Shown: positions 49,542 to 62,871 of the stretch, one piece after another | Numbering within the stretch: position 1 is the first letter of the stretch | How the letters are laid out: every line of letters begins with the position of its first letter | DNA from: Podospora anserina | Lineage: Eukaryota | NCBI GenBank assembly: GCA_017654855.1 | Contig: CM030332.1 | Coordinates: forward strand, 6,510,001-6,574,000 | Reading direction: 5' to 3' | Length of the DNA: 64,000 nucleotides | Program-made: the position numbers and the translations under genes | Notes under the pieces: model-generated | What the model was told of the DNA's origin: nothing | The model's database searches: none | The model's input: only the letters and a program-made list of their open reading frames with translations

Positions 49542-49992
49542 GATGGCGATGGTAGATGATCTGGCTCCGGGTGGGATGTTGTGTGTTTGGCGACCCGTCA
49601 ACTCACCTCGAGGACCAAAGGTGAGAGAGAACTCCGGCAATGGTGAAGGGAAATCGGAGGTGCAGAAAGGGTGCAGGAGGGTGGGCAGGCAAATGCCTAA
49701 GTATATGAAGACGGTGAGGCGAGCCGGGGGAGGGTCAAACGGATGAGGGTCCGCCCTCGAAACAGCAGGCGCTAAGAGCAGCTCCCCCCGCGCAGGTGTT
49801 TAGGAGTTGTACCCCTGTATCTCTGAATCCCAGAGCAGTGGTCTGGGGACTCGGGGGGCTGTCTTTTGGGCTTCCCGGCTCACAGGTCGGCGGGAGCTAA
49901 GCAAGAGCCACTGTTATTCGTTTGTTCAGGTAGGCCGGCCCGCGATGAGGCCTGGTGGGGTGCGTGTTGAGAGTAGGGTTGATTGGATTGGT

Positions 49993-50410
49993 CTGAATAA
50001 CAAACAAGACACAACGTGTTAGCCAGTGATGATCCGGGAAGTTGTCGTCTTGTGTATCCTTCCGGCAGAATCGTGGTGTAAAGCACCAGGACAGAAGGCA
50101 AAAGCTCAGAGAATGGGAAAAAAGGTGAGGTGAGCGAACAAGCACTGCTGTTGGACCAGCCCAATGTGATAGTTGCTTAAAGCAGCGCCAAATTAGGGGC
50201 CGGTCAGAGTGGGGCTTCCCTTGACAAGCGAGAAGCGACGAGTTGGACAGGGGCCGGGGCGGCAGTGATGTGCTGAAATGTGGGATATGCTTTGGTGTGA
50301 CAGGGTTGCAGGTGAATGTCCGTGTGCCCTCTGTGTGCTGTGTTTCTCGTCCGCGCCTCGACGATGGAAAGAGAGAGAGAGAGATATCTAGGAAGGAAAA
50401 CTCTGCTTAC
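49993..50410 (-). other. Predicted 5'UTR intron (418 nt) of the 48468-49541 gene
   Basis: On the minus strand: donor AG|GTAAGC at 50410, branch GCTAAC at 50023-50018, a pyrimidine-rich tract, and acceptor TTCAG ending at 49993. Confidence 0.6.
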
Positions 50411-53400
50411 CTTCTGAGTGCGGCTGAAAGGTGCCTAGGCAGACACGAACTGAAACTGGAAAGCAGGAGAGGGCAATATGTGATGCGTCTTTGGGTCGGA
50501 AAACTATCTACTTGAAGGGGGCCAAAGGCAGTCAGCGGTTACTCCTTTTGGGGGGCTAATTTGTTGCTTTACGGGCACTGGAAGCAACAGCTGGGTAAAA
50601 CTCACAGAAACAGCTCGTCTGATCAGCCCGAGCCCCCAAAATCCACTTGGCAGGTGAGCGTCTGCGGAGGGAAAAGAAGAAGCACCAGAAGAAGATCGTG
50701 ATGGCGTCGGGACTCAACCGCCTGGAGGTTCGAAAGACCGCGTGTGATTGGTCAAAACAACTGGAACCTGCAGCAGGGATGGGCGCTAAAGTTGTATTCT
50801 TAGCCCAGACGTTTGTGATTGGTCAGAACTTGCCGCTTACCAGAACGACGTCAACCACAGCAACGGCAATGGGTATCCCGACGACAGTTATCGTGAGCCT
50901 CTTCCTCTAAGTAGTACCGGACCGATTACGACAACTATTCGATAGAGTGAAGCGCCAGATCAGCAGATCTACTGTGAGGGGTGGAATATGGTCCTGATGG
51001 CGCCGAGGTCTGATGTATCGATGCTCCAAAGGTGGTATCGTTTGTTTGTGAAGGGTACGGAGGCATATGCTAAGTATGTTGGACAGGAACACAAGGACTC
51101 ATCTTTGGATGTAGCGGGAGCCAAATCCGTATATGTATGCGCGAATCAGCCTTTGTTTTCCAATAGCCGCCTAGTAGAACTACGTCCCCCATCTGAGAAT
51201 GCTACGTCCTGTATGCTCGATGGAGCGCGCGCCACGAGGTTTCCCGTCATGATTCACCATTTCCCGATGGCCAACTGGCGGCTCTTCTGAGATTTCGATA
51301 TAGAAGCCGCGCTTAATCCTTCTCTGACCACCTTGTGGACCTGCCTTTCTCCAGGCCAACCGGCGGCGCGCGGCTGTAAACGCGCTTACAGTCGCAAAAG
51401 CTGTCTAGAATATGTCTGTTGGTTGGTGTATCAGAGACTGCGAGCTGGTACGTATCCTTCGCCCTTGACTCTAGTGAAGCTATTGGATCAGCAGTCAAAG
51501 GTCTTGGTGCTACCTTGTCCCTGCGAATATAACCTCGACAGAGCGCGCGCCTGCTCCTCCGGCAACCCTTTGGCAACTGGGCCTCATGGAGGGTCTGGAC
51601 AACCTTTGGATCCTTGAAGCGGTTTCTGGTGCCAGCGGCTCTCGTCGTCCTTCTTTTTCTTGAGGGTATGCTTCGGGCACACCATTACTCCCGCTCATGG
51701 ACTGAGAAGATGGGGGGCATGGCGAGTCCAAACACCGAACTTGAACTAGAATCGGTTGGCAGGATGTAATGGACACTGTTGGTTTCCCTGTTAGATCGAA
51801 AGCGTAGCCGCTATTGACTTTCCAACAGCTTTCCAAGTTCAAGGAGGATGCGGGTAGCCGCGTGAACCACCCTGTTCGACATCGCTGACCAGGTGGTCAC
51901 GCCATGCCAGTGATACCGATGGTGCCGGTATTTTTCTCCGAGAAGGTCTCCATTGTAGGCCTGTGTCATGACGCTCGGTGCATTTCCATCCGTCTTTGCT
52001 GATGTGACCTTCGAACATTGAGTTGAGTGTGAGCAGGAAAAAGCATGGGACTCACACCAAGTGCTTGATATACCCCGTCAAGTAGTTGACGCTCTTGAAA
52101 CAGGAGCCAGCTACGCAAGATACACCGCTCTCCTTGGACAGAAACACCTGTTATCGAGACTCGGTTACAATTTAGACTAGGGTTGCGATCCTCTTCGCTT
52201 GTGAACAACTATGGTTTCCCAACATTCATGGCTTCGGCCAACGACTATGCTCGACACACGCCACTTACGTGCGCTCGCTCCTTCTCTGTGCAAGCCTGTA
52301 TGTTGCTGGATCCTGTTGGCGTTACGAGCGCGTCCGAAGGATCTGTAACCTCACTTTCCTCTCGAAGGGGACCATCAGAATGACCAGGCCCACCTGATAC
52401 CCTTTGCTATGTAGGTGAGCGACACCGTCCGCTCATCGGCCGAGAACTCTGCGGTTTAACCTCACATTTGACCCATGGTGATGGGTGCTCATGACTGTTT
52501 TGAGCGGAGGTGAACCCAACATGATGCAGCCCAGCATCACAATGACCCTGACCGCTTGTCCTGTGCCTTTGACATATGCCTCCAGAGGCCTTGCCATAAG
52601 GTAACCTGGCAGTAGTTCATGCACAAGGCGCAGTATCACTTCAGACCCCGGTCGTCCCGGGCAGGATTGGTCCCTGCTAGTTGTGTGTATGCCTGCTTGA
52701 TTCCATTCTTGACTCAGGAGGAGCACTGCTGGTTGTACGACACCCTCGGCGAGGGTCAGACCTGTTGTCTGAAAGACAAAGGGGCGTAAGGTAGTGTCGG
52801 ACTTGGCCGGTGTTGTGACATCCAATATTATCGGCTGGGTCACCGCGAGGAACAAGGAGTTTGTAGGAACAGATCGGTTAAGTCGATGTCGTGGTACGGG
52901 CTGGCATCGAGGAGAACTTGAAGCGGCGGCTCGGTTGCTCGAGCAGTATCTCTTGAAGTTAGAAATGGCTTCCCAGGAGGCGCAATATTGTGAACTTGAG
53001 CGTACATGCCTGTTTGCAGCAGCGGCTGGTTTAACAACTCCTGGCCGAGAAGTCTCGATAACTGCCGACAAGCCGACCAAAAGACAAGTAAACAAATCGA
53101 GCGTGAATATAGTAAGCGGTTCCTGCCCTCATTGAGTTTGGGAAGAATCCAGGCAAAGAAGGTCAGGCACGAGAGAGGAGCGCGTTCCTCAGTCAAGTTT
53201 CCAAAAGGTGTTGGTAAAGCCTCGAGCTTGCACTTTGACAGGTCGCTCTTTCATCATTAACATTGGAAGGCCCTGACTCTTGCAGTGCAGGATTTTCTTT
53301 TGCTCTACCTTCCAGATCAAGCGCAGCACCGACCCGAGCCCTTTCCCTTACCAAGCAGGAGCTACGTGCCCACAGAACCGTATCTCCATGCGTAGAGACG

Positions 53401-55215
53401 GGAGCTATGGATGATTACATGATTCTGATCGAGCTTCGTGTGTCTAGCAATTCTACCTCCTCTCATTGCCCAGTATATCATAACGTGATGGCAGCTATTC
53501 GCTGACAAAGCCCACCGACCACCCCATTCCTACTCATCTTTTGAGGGACCACTCAGTCGACCTTGAAGGATGCCTGCCAGCCTTACCCTCGACAAAACCA
53601 GTTCGAAGTGGCGTTTGAACAGACCCTATCATGCCCCATCTTGTGTTCTCAATGCATTTCCGCTGTGTGAGTTGATTGGGCAGCAAGGCAATGATGCCCA
53701 ATCGTCACAGAGCTCTGATCGGCAGTCAAACCACATCAACACCAAAGCTCATAGCCTGGTAAAACTCTCCAATTCCACAACAGGGCATTGCGTGGACAGC
53801 AACTCAGGTAGTTGGCATCCATGTCATGGAGGGTGAACATCCGTTGAATGACGATTCCACAACAGGGGCTCACAATCAGGACCTATCCATTTGTGTCATT
53901 ATGGGCGCGAAGCCAGAAGCAGACTTGCCACTTGGGGCTTGCAATTCCAGCTGTTCATCTTGCTCTGCCGTCTCCGCCTCGTCATGCGGAGGAGACAGCA
54001 CGCTGCGATGTTAGACTCGGTGGCAGCTCAGCCGCCGGGCCTCGATCATCTCTCCATCCCATGACATCGGATCATCACAAGCTACGCTCAAGTCACAGTG
54101 GAGGTAGAACGAGCATATCACCCGGTGATGCCGTAGCAGTTTGGTAACTGAACTGGGCGGAAGTAGTACACCAGGTAAGAACAAGCCAAGCAGGATCATC
54201 TCATCATCAGCCCGAAATGAAGCCGACATCGTCGTTGCCACCGTCAACCTTCATTGCCCTTCACAGTTGTGAACCATGGAATGGACCGCGCAAGAATTCC
54301 CTTCAGCCTCATCTGAGCCCAAGAACGATAGTCATGTTCTGGAACAAAATGGATTTCCACAGCTCATCAATGGCTGGCCCTGCTGGACTCATCCTGTCCA
54401 ACCAATACGACAAGCCAACACCACCACAAGGCTTCCAGGTAAGCTCTATCGGGAAGATGTAAGAGGATAGATCTGGCTCTTCACAATACCTCCCATGTTT
54501 GACCCCAACCTCCCCGTTTCCTTGTCTTTTCGTCGTCAAGGACGTAAACAATCCCAAACTGTCGATATTGTCAGGAGGTGCCAGGACCAATCTGAAAACC
54601 CACTCTGACACTCCAACCAATAATCTCCCCAGTACCCCCTCTTCAAATAACAAACATCTGACATTGCCAATCCCCCGGAGTCCCTCCCCGTGTTTACGGT
54701 TACAAAAGGCACCTTAAAACGTGGAAACCAAGATATCTCCCCGCTCTCACTGTCGAATGAGAGCCCAACGATCATCCTCTACACTTCTATTCGCTACACG
54801 GAAAGCAGCAGCTTTTCAGACGCCCCCCGTTGCGGGGAACCATAATGGAGGGAGCTTATTACTGGATGTGGAAAGGCTTTCCTTTTGACGATGAGAGTGA
54901 GGCTTGACGTTGGGTTATCAACATTCGTGATGTAAGGTTCTTGTGAAGCCCAAGACCTAGAGTCACGGGTCGACTGATGGACAGGCAGAAATGGATAGAA
55001 CCGGAGCCATACCGACAAGCCGGCCAACACAAACCCATGGCAACAGCTGCACAGAAAGAGTCAAGTGATGCCATGCTATGCCAGCCTCCGAGCTCTTCGT
55101 CCTCAGCTCCGGCGTCGTACATACATTACATACAGACTCCGCCAAGCCACATTCTATATGTTGTGGTATGCCAAAAAGAGCAAGATAAGAAAAGAAGTAA
55201 TCAGATATCACGCAA

Positions 55216-55237
55216 CACACACACACACACACACACA
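55216..55237. repeat. (CA)n microsatellite
   Basis: acacacacacacacacacacaca. Confidence 0.85.
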
Positions 55238-58200
55238 AAAACCGCAGCCCTCCAAAGATGTTACCCACCCTCCATCGGCATCACCACCATCCCCATCGGG
55301 TAGAGTTCCGGTATTGTTTCAGCAGTCGAGAAGAAGCAAAGTATTAAAGCCTACGTAGCAAGCGAGACATGAAAGTAGTTCCGAGGGGTGTAAGAAATCC
55401 GGGGTAATCACCCCGTTGCCTTTGTGCAACCTGCTCCCGACCTTGAAGGTCCGTCCATCAGTCGAGTGTGTTCTCAAAGGTCCCTCATTCCGTTGCGCTC
55501 AAGGAACTTCTCCTCGCGATACGCCACGCAACCCGACCCATATCAAGACCAAGGCGCGGTATCAGATTGAAGGGGTGCAAGCAGAAAACATTATCAAGAT
55601 GTGAAAAGCGAAATTGCATTACCAGCATCACAGCGTCTGTGTGTTTCGAGTTATCGCGGCAGAGAAGAAGAAGCGATATCATCATCATGGTGGTAATTTC
55701 TACGCGCCCTGTGGGAGATGAGAAACAGGCTTGCCCACGGGGGTTGTGAATCTGGTCAAGCGCGACATTACACATTTACAAAATTTGACCGGGGGGTTGT
55801 GGCGTGGTCGTCTTCCAAGAACTCTTCTATGAACTTGAGAATGACCCGCTGGTGTGAGTGTGTGACTGGTACTGTAGGATGAAACCGATAGGGCTCGGAG
55901 AGAGAGTGAGAAAATTCACTCAACCGCCAAATGGAAAAGGAACTTTTGGGAGAATGCTGACAGACCTACAGATTGGAACTTCCATGATGCTGGTCTTTCA
56001 TCATTCCTTTTTTCTTGAAACACGGTACAGCTGGATAGAAGCGAGCGAGAGCGCCTTCCTATCCCGGAACAGTGGTAGGTGGTTGGGGGCACGGGATAGA
56101 TGGAGGGGGAGGTGGACATGACCGAAGAAGATGGAGGGGAGTGACAGCTTTCGCGTGATTTGTTGTTCATGTTCACCAAGAAGTTCCGCAATTCGTCCCT
56201 CAGAAACGAAGAAGCCCAGTGAAATTCCTGAAACACGAGGGAAAATCGCCCGTTACGGGTGATTTCTAACCAGTCAGCACACAACTTTGTGAGCCATTCT
56301 TGTCCAACCGACTCATCTACTCTCTGTTGTGAGAGGCTGTGTCTGGTCGCATGCACCGCCTCTTTTGCCCACGCCAAGCCAGCGTGTCTGCTCACTTCCG
56401 TGACGCGCAAGAGAAAGATCCGCCAGCAGCCGAGAGAGAGCTGCGAGAAAGTGGCGCAGCTGCAGGCTCTCCTCAAGTCTTCAACAAGAACAAGCAAGAG
56501 AAGGCTCCCACACCACATCCAGCCAGAAGAGACAACACATCTTGCGTTTGATGATACATTGTGTCGTCACCTGATCGGATTCGGTTTAAGGATTCATGCG
56601 GAAGATTGGGTGTGGGAGCCCTGCATCGAGTATACGATCCCTTCGTGTTTGCGATATATGGCCTCTTTTCTTATTCTGTGAGAGCAACCCTCATTGCCGA
56701 CGTTATTAATAAGACCATCGAGTAAGTGCAGAAAACCATGTTCTCTTCGTTCACGGCCCAGTGATTTGCCAGGCCTGGGGTGGGAAGGGCTCGGTCAACC
56801 TTTTCGCAGCGGAACTATACCGAACCTACGGCGCAGCGTTGCGTTCCACCCGGCACTGCGGGGGGAGGGGTAGTGTAGGAAGCCACGATGAAAACTGATG
56901 AGAGAATATCATGAGAAGCTGCAAAAACCCGCATGGGAATTCCGTGGATGTGTGATGGTGATCTGATGGAGGGGCTCGATCTTCAATGTCATGACAAACC
57001 ACTTCCCGGTTGGCTTCGGACCGCTCATTCTCGTTTCATGGAACTTTGACGTTGATGTCGGTGGGTGCCGGGCTGTTTGTTCCAGCACCGAGATGCGAAG
57101 ACGGCAGGCAAAGTGGAGCCGTGACAAAGCCATATCCATCACTGGCCCACACCGACTTTTGGGCTTGGTGGTTGGAGCGCCGAGCGTCTTGCCTTTTTCT
57201 CAACCCGCGATGCGTTGGCCGCCAGTGGCCTCGTCACGCCTCCATCTGGCGCCGCTCCCTGCATCCCCGGCTCCTTGGGCTGGCGCCTTTCGCTGCGGGC
57301 CAAGCTTTCCCATCTTGACTGCATGTTTGCCTAATCCGGTGCTGTCAGTTCCCAAGTGCGTGGGAGCGTGCCATCATGAAGTCTGGAGCCTCTGTTGTTT
57401 TCCATGAAGCCTCTCGCTTGGATCGAGATAAGACATTGGCATCTCGCGCACGGACTGACGGGTATTTATTAGTCGATGGTTGACAACAATTGACAGCCTG
57501 TCCAGCTAGGCCCCCTCCGTGCTCCCGCAAGGCCTGGAGAAAGACCGAATTTCTTATGTGACGTTGCTTGGACTAAATATAGTCTTGTCGAACAACACAG
57601 CAGTGTGTGTACAATCGAAGCTGGAAGAGTTGACTTACAGGTTCACAGCGTCTAGGTCTTACGAGTGAGTGAATCTCCGTCATGCCGATCGCTGGTCAGA
57701 GCCCAAAACACCCATCACCTGCTGGTCCCAGCCCGGTATAGCTTGGCCAGTTCCGAGCTGTCTTGAACCTCACAAGACATTTGTCGACTTTGGGTGCCGT
57801 CACCGGTCTGCCTCGCCAGCTGCCGATGACGAGGACACGCATTAAAGAAGTGCTTTTCCCTGTGATAGTCCGGCTGGCCCGTTATCCGAATATGCTGGTG
57901 TATCGTATCCGAAGCCGAGGACCCTCTCTTGAAGCTCTCAGCCTGGGGAAATAAGGTACTGCAGATTAATATTCGAAGAACAGTTCCGCGGCATCGCTCT
58001 GTGTCCACAGCTGGCCTGCTGTGGCCGACAGTGGTGTCTCGCTTGACGGGCCGCCCACCGCTTGCGTCACGTCATCCGCAGTTCAAAGAGAGCAGCAGAG
58101 CAAGAGTCGAGTGAAGTCGAAACGGACCGGATTGCTGCTTGATGTTTGGGACCTTGATACTGCGCCGTCCGTACCTCGTCGGGTTCAACCGCTGTCGTGC

Positions 58201-58584
58201 AAGGCCAGCCAGGCAAGGCTCTACACAGTACACGTCGAAGTACGGTGGTCTCATGGAATCGACGCGTCGGCGGTCGCGCCCAATCCTTCGTTGATTTTTG
58301 TTTTTTTGTACGGGACAATGGAACAATACAACAACATCCAAGCTCGCAAGGCAGCCCCGCAAAGTTACGAGGTATCTTCCTGCTTCAACACCCCTCTTCC
58401 CCGTTCGGAGCTGGACCCCTCTTTTAAGTGAGGAGCACCCCGCCAGCCACAGCAAAATGGGCTGCGGGCCGCCCCACTTTGCGAGCTGATTCATCCAACC
58501 AAATCCTGCAGTTAAAGAACTCTGACCGCGCCCTCAAATCATCTTTCGGCTCTCCCTCGTCTCTCCTTCCTTTCCCTCGCACAA

Positions 58585-58732
58585 CCAATCAACCACCCAA
58601 TCATCCTCTCCACTTGTCAAGCGTTCCAGTGAGGGTGGGAAAAGCCAATCCAAGCCAATCCGACGAACCCAAAATTTCCATCAAATCAACGGCCACCCTC
58701 GACCGCAAAAGCCAATACGGAGACAGCCCAAT
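58585..58732 (+). promoter_or_regulatory. Cluster of six co-oriented CCAAT boxes upstream of hapB
   Basis: CCAAT at 58585, 58597, 58645, 58655, 58712 and 58728, several in the context AAGCCAAT(C). Confidence 0.65.
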
Positions 58733-61332
58733 AAGCTGTCAAAGAAGAGAGAGCCGCAACCTGGCTCCCAAAGTCTAATCGCGTTCCCTTCCCGTACGGA
58801 TACCCCGCGCACCGCCCGTGGTGCAAACGCCCCCGGGGCCACCAAGCACCAACCCGCCGGTGACCGCCCGGTCGCCCGCCAGAAAGCCGGCGCTTTGCAG
58901 CCTGCCGATTCCTCCACGTCTCTACATATATCCCGTGCCCATTGCCTTGCGCGCAAAGAGTCAAGAGGCGCAGCTCAGCCCTGCAACTGACCTCCCACAG
59001 TACGTTTTGTCATTCTTTCTGAGGTTGTTTCATGGCCTTCATCGGCTCGTGTCGCTACCATGGAAAAGCAGTGTGCATTTCCACCACAATATCCCATACT
59101 CATGGCCCAATCCCATCCTTTCCCTTCCCATCCCGCATTGTAGTGCCAAGCTGGTGCACAATGGCTTCCCCTGGTCCTGGCTGTCAGAAGATCGTCCTGT
59201 TAGGTTGTGATGCAATGCGCAGCCCAGCCCCCCCGTCAAGGCAGTCAAGCGAGTCTTGCACGCATCAGACCCCCCGGGAGAACAGGATGAGGATGGCGGG
59301 TCATCGGAACCGGCCCTGTCCCCCCTGCTTAGAAGAGGCAAAAGCCCACTCGCACACTTGCCACAGGCCATCGCTCGGGATCGATTTTTTTTTTGTTTTG
59401 GGGAACGCAAGATCGTCTGGTCCCCACCCAGAGTTCCCAGCCCAGTTTCTTAGTTCTCTGTTTTGCAGCCAGTCATCGATCGAGCGCAAAAAGGCACCCA
59501 GGACCTAGCAACTAACACGAGCAAATCAGCTTGCGCCCCCGTGAGCCCAGGAACTGAAATCAACACCATCTGCCACAGGAGACCTATCACCGTCGTCGTC
59601 GTCGCGATCACGCCCACCATTGGCCGTCGCGAAGTCCCGTGATAATTCCTATCTGCGGAGCCCAATTAACCCGGATCCCCCAGGCGTTCAATCAACGACG
59701 CTCCCCTTCAGGTCCATCGCGGCTCTTACCACTAGCTGCGACAGCTGCAATCTTGGTTGCTGCCGAAGCGGAGTGCAGCCTGTGAAACTACCTATCAAGC
59801 AACTGTAAGTTCATCTTGGACCTACCACGATGCGGTTTCAGTGTGTTAGTTCGCGGGGCTTCCCTTTCTTCCCGTCGGACGGCGCTTTGGTTTCCCGCAG
59901 CTGCATACCACACCGTCGATATCTCTCCTGGCAGGGCAGCAAGGTGCTTCATTCTTTACCTTCGCGTGACCCCAGAGCTGCTCCTGTCTCTCGCACTTTT
60001 CTTTCTCTTTGCTTCAAAATGAAACTCTGAAAACTGACACATTTGCCAGTTCGGACAGCCGACACAGTAGCTTGCTCATCCGACACCCAACGAAATCGTT
60101 GGATTTGACCGGTATGTACACGCCTCTTTCTTCACTGTCTTATCCCAGTGTCACTCATGATCGATCCGGTCTGGCTGGCAACGGACGGCACGCCGGAACC
60201 CCTCAAATTCTGGCACACACACACACATACACACGTAATCACCGTAGCTCGGTAGGGTCAAAGACCTGTCTAAGTTTAGACAGCCGGTCAATATCTTCAT
60301 TGATGTTACCTGTTTGCCTTCCTTGTCAACTCTTTTGGAAACACACCACCGCCCTGGACAGAAGAGGTAGATCGAAGTTCAGGAGATGGAGGGTGTTTGG
60401 AGAGGGGTAATGACATGGGGGTTAGCCTTCCCTTTACCACCAGCCCTCTGCTTCCCAACCCAAAGGCTTGCAGCATCTATCTCTCCTGCCTGGGATTCCC
60501 CTACCGTTCCTTCACCCCTTCCTCTCTGGCGCTGATAACCCTTGCTGGGCTTTGGGAGCGCGCTGAGTTGGTTGGCAAGGTGGGCCCTTGGGTCGTGCAT
60601 ATTCCGTCATGCATGCCAGCGCATCAGACTGGCACTGGCCCAAGGCGCCAAAAAGCGAGACTTGACCACCACTCAGGCGCCCTCCTCCCGTCGAATCATC
60701 CTGGCCTCTCACTTATATGCCTTCTAGCAAAGACCCCCAGCACTAACATTTTCGATTTGGTAGACTGAGAGAGCCTGCGCCAACGCTGCGTCGTGCTCCC
60801 GTTGACAAGCTACCCGTCTCTTGTTGTTCAGACCGTTGGGCCGCGCGAGTCGGGAATTTCCCCAGGCTCGCCGTCACAGCATCGCAGAAAGCGCTCTCAC
60901 GTGGCTGCGCTCACCCACGCCATCTCCCGAGAGGCCTTGGACTGAGCCACCCAAGTTTTGCCCCGCGACTACATCAGCCTGCATATGCTGTGGTGCGACC
61001 AATTGCACGGCACCCCTACCTTTTAATCGAGTGCCAACGCATCACTCCCAATAGATTGGGTGCACATCCAGCCCAATCCACAGGTACAGAGTGACTTTGG
61101 AGCTTTAACCCACACAGTGAGCCCAAATAGATCAAGGACCTGGCTTCTCTATCACCGGCCTTGAACGACTTTTGGCATCAACCCGAGTGGTAAACCAACC
61201 TTTCACAGCGCGACCGACACCTCTACGCTCTCATACCGCCCCACTATAATCGGGTTCCTTCTGTCCCTGCGCTACTGATTATCGCGATTTGTTGCGATTC
61301 GTCTCGGCTTCTCGTCGGCACATACTCACAGG

Positions 61333-62256
61333 ATGATGGAATACGCACAATATCAACAACAACCACAAAGCGCGCATTCGCAACCACATATTCAGACAGG
61401 TTACCCGAGCTCTGCAGGCGGCAACAGCATCACCTCTCCAGCTCACGGAGTTCAAACATCCCCGATACTCCCTTCTCAGCATCAACAGCCCTCGCCCACG
61501 CAAACCCACAACATGTATCAAACTCAGTATGCCATGCCCCAGCACAACATGCAATATGCTGTGCCGGGGATCCAAGCAGCTGCCATGGCCGCCACTGCTG
61601 CTGCTTCTGGATCGTCATATCCCTACATGTCCTCGGACCCAAGTCTGCAGCAGTCGCCAAGGATGTCTGGTGTTAACCCCAAGAAGGATGGCAGGACAGG
61701 CCCTCGTTCGCCTCAGCAGATGAATAGCATGCCGCAGCAAAGACGACTCAGCCAGGTTAACAGCCCGGGTGTTCCCAATGCGCCAGCCATGCTCAACCAT
61801 GCCGGCCCACGCTCTACCATCCCGCCCCCGATGACTGCGGCGCAGCAGATGCCCCCGCCACAGTCCCCCGAAATCGCTTCCGGAGCCGTTGAGGAGTCGC
61901 CATTGTATGTCAATGCTAAGCAATTCCACCGGATCCTGAAGCGCAGAGTAGCCCGGCAAAGGTTAGAGGAAGCGCTGCGTCTTACCAGCAAGGGCCGTAG
62001 ACCTTACCTCCACGAGTCTAGGCACAATCATGCCATGCGGAGGCCCCGTGGACCCGGTGGGCGGTTCCTGACAGCCGACGAAGTGGCCCAGATGGAAAAG
62101 GACAAGGCAAATGGTGTCGAGACCAAGTTCGAGGACACGGCGACAAAGACATCCACGGGTGCCTCGAAAAGAAAATCAGACGGAGGCTCTGCGCCTGCGG
62201 CCAAAAAAGCGAAAAGAGCCAACTTGACTCCCGAAGATGAAGAAGACGAGGAGTGA
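61333..62256 (+). CDS. hapB: CCAAT-binding complex subunit HapB/Hap2/NF-YA, 307 aa
   Basis: Gln/Pro-rich N-terminus and the CBF-B/NF-YA core EESPLYVNAKQFHRILKRRVARQRLEE...RRPYLHESRHNHAMRRPRGPGGRFLT, followed by KRK...KKAKR (NLS-like). Confidence 0.96.
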   Translation: MMEYAQYQQQPQSAHSQPHIQTGYPSSAGGNSITSPAHGVQTSPILPSQHQQPSPTQTHNMYQTQYAMPQHNMQYAVPGIQAAAMAATAAASGSSYPYMSSDPSLQQSPRMSGVNPKKDGRTGPRSPQQMNSMPQQRRLSQVNSPGVPNAPAMLNHAGPRSTIPPPMTAAQQMPPPQSPEIASGAVEESPLYVNAKQFHRILKRRVARQRLEEALRLTSKGRRPYLHESRHNHAMRRPRGPGGRFLTADEVAQMEKDKANGVETKFEDTATKTSTGASKRKSDGGSAPAAKKAKRANLTPEDEEDEE

Positions 62257-62846
62257 TAGGGGAGTGGTGGCGTTTTTATTTGGCGTGGGCGAAAGAGAAA
62301 AAAAGACGGGATGCGTTTCCCACTCTATACCCAGTATTTTCTTATGTTGAAAGAAAGGTCATGATGTTATGACAGCCAACCTACTCTTGTTTACTCGAAA
62401 TATTGGGATTGCGTGAGCAAACAACCGGACTGGTTCTGTTTTTGGCGAGGAGTAGGAGTCTTGGGGGGGAAGGGGTGGTGATGTCGTGTGTTTTACACTT
62501 GATCCTTCTTCAGATTGGGCAACGATACTTCCTTTTTATTTTATTTTTCTTATTGGGGTGTTTTATAAGCGCTTTTGCATCGACACACCGATGGGGCCTT
62601 TTAGTCCTTCCTGTTTCCTCTTTTTACTCTTCGAATACACTTCGCCTCACAGCAGCAAACCAAAGCATAGCGTTCGGTCTCGGTCGGTGGGAAACTCACG
62701 GGGTGTGGGACGGGTCGGGGAGAGGCAGGACAGGAGAATGGGAATACCGGTGTTTTCACTTTTTTCCTATTCTCTGAAATCATCTGGAATGGAAAGGAAA
62801 GATTGCACAAATATTTTGTGAAATGGGTCACGACGGGATACCCCCC

Positions 62847-62871
62847 TTTTTTTTTTTTTTTTTTTTTTTTT
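62847..62871. repeat. Poly-T tract downstream of hapB
   Basis: About 25 consecutive T. Confidence 0.85.
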
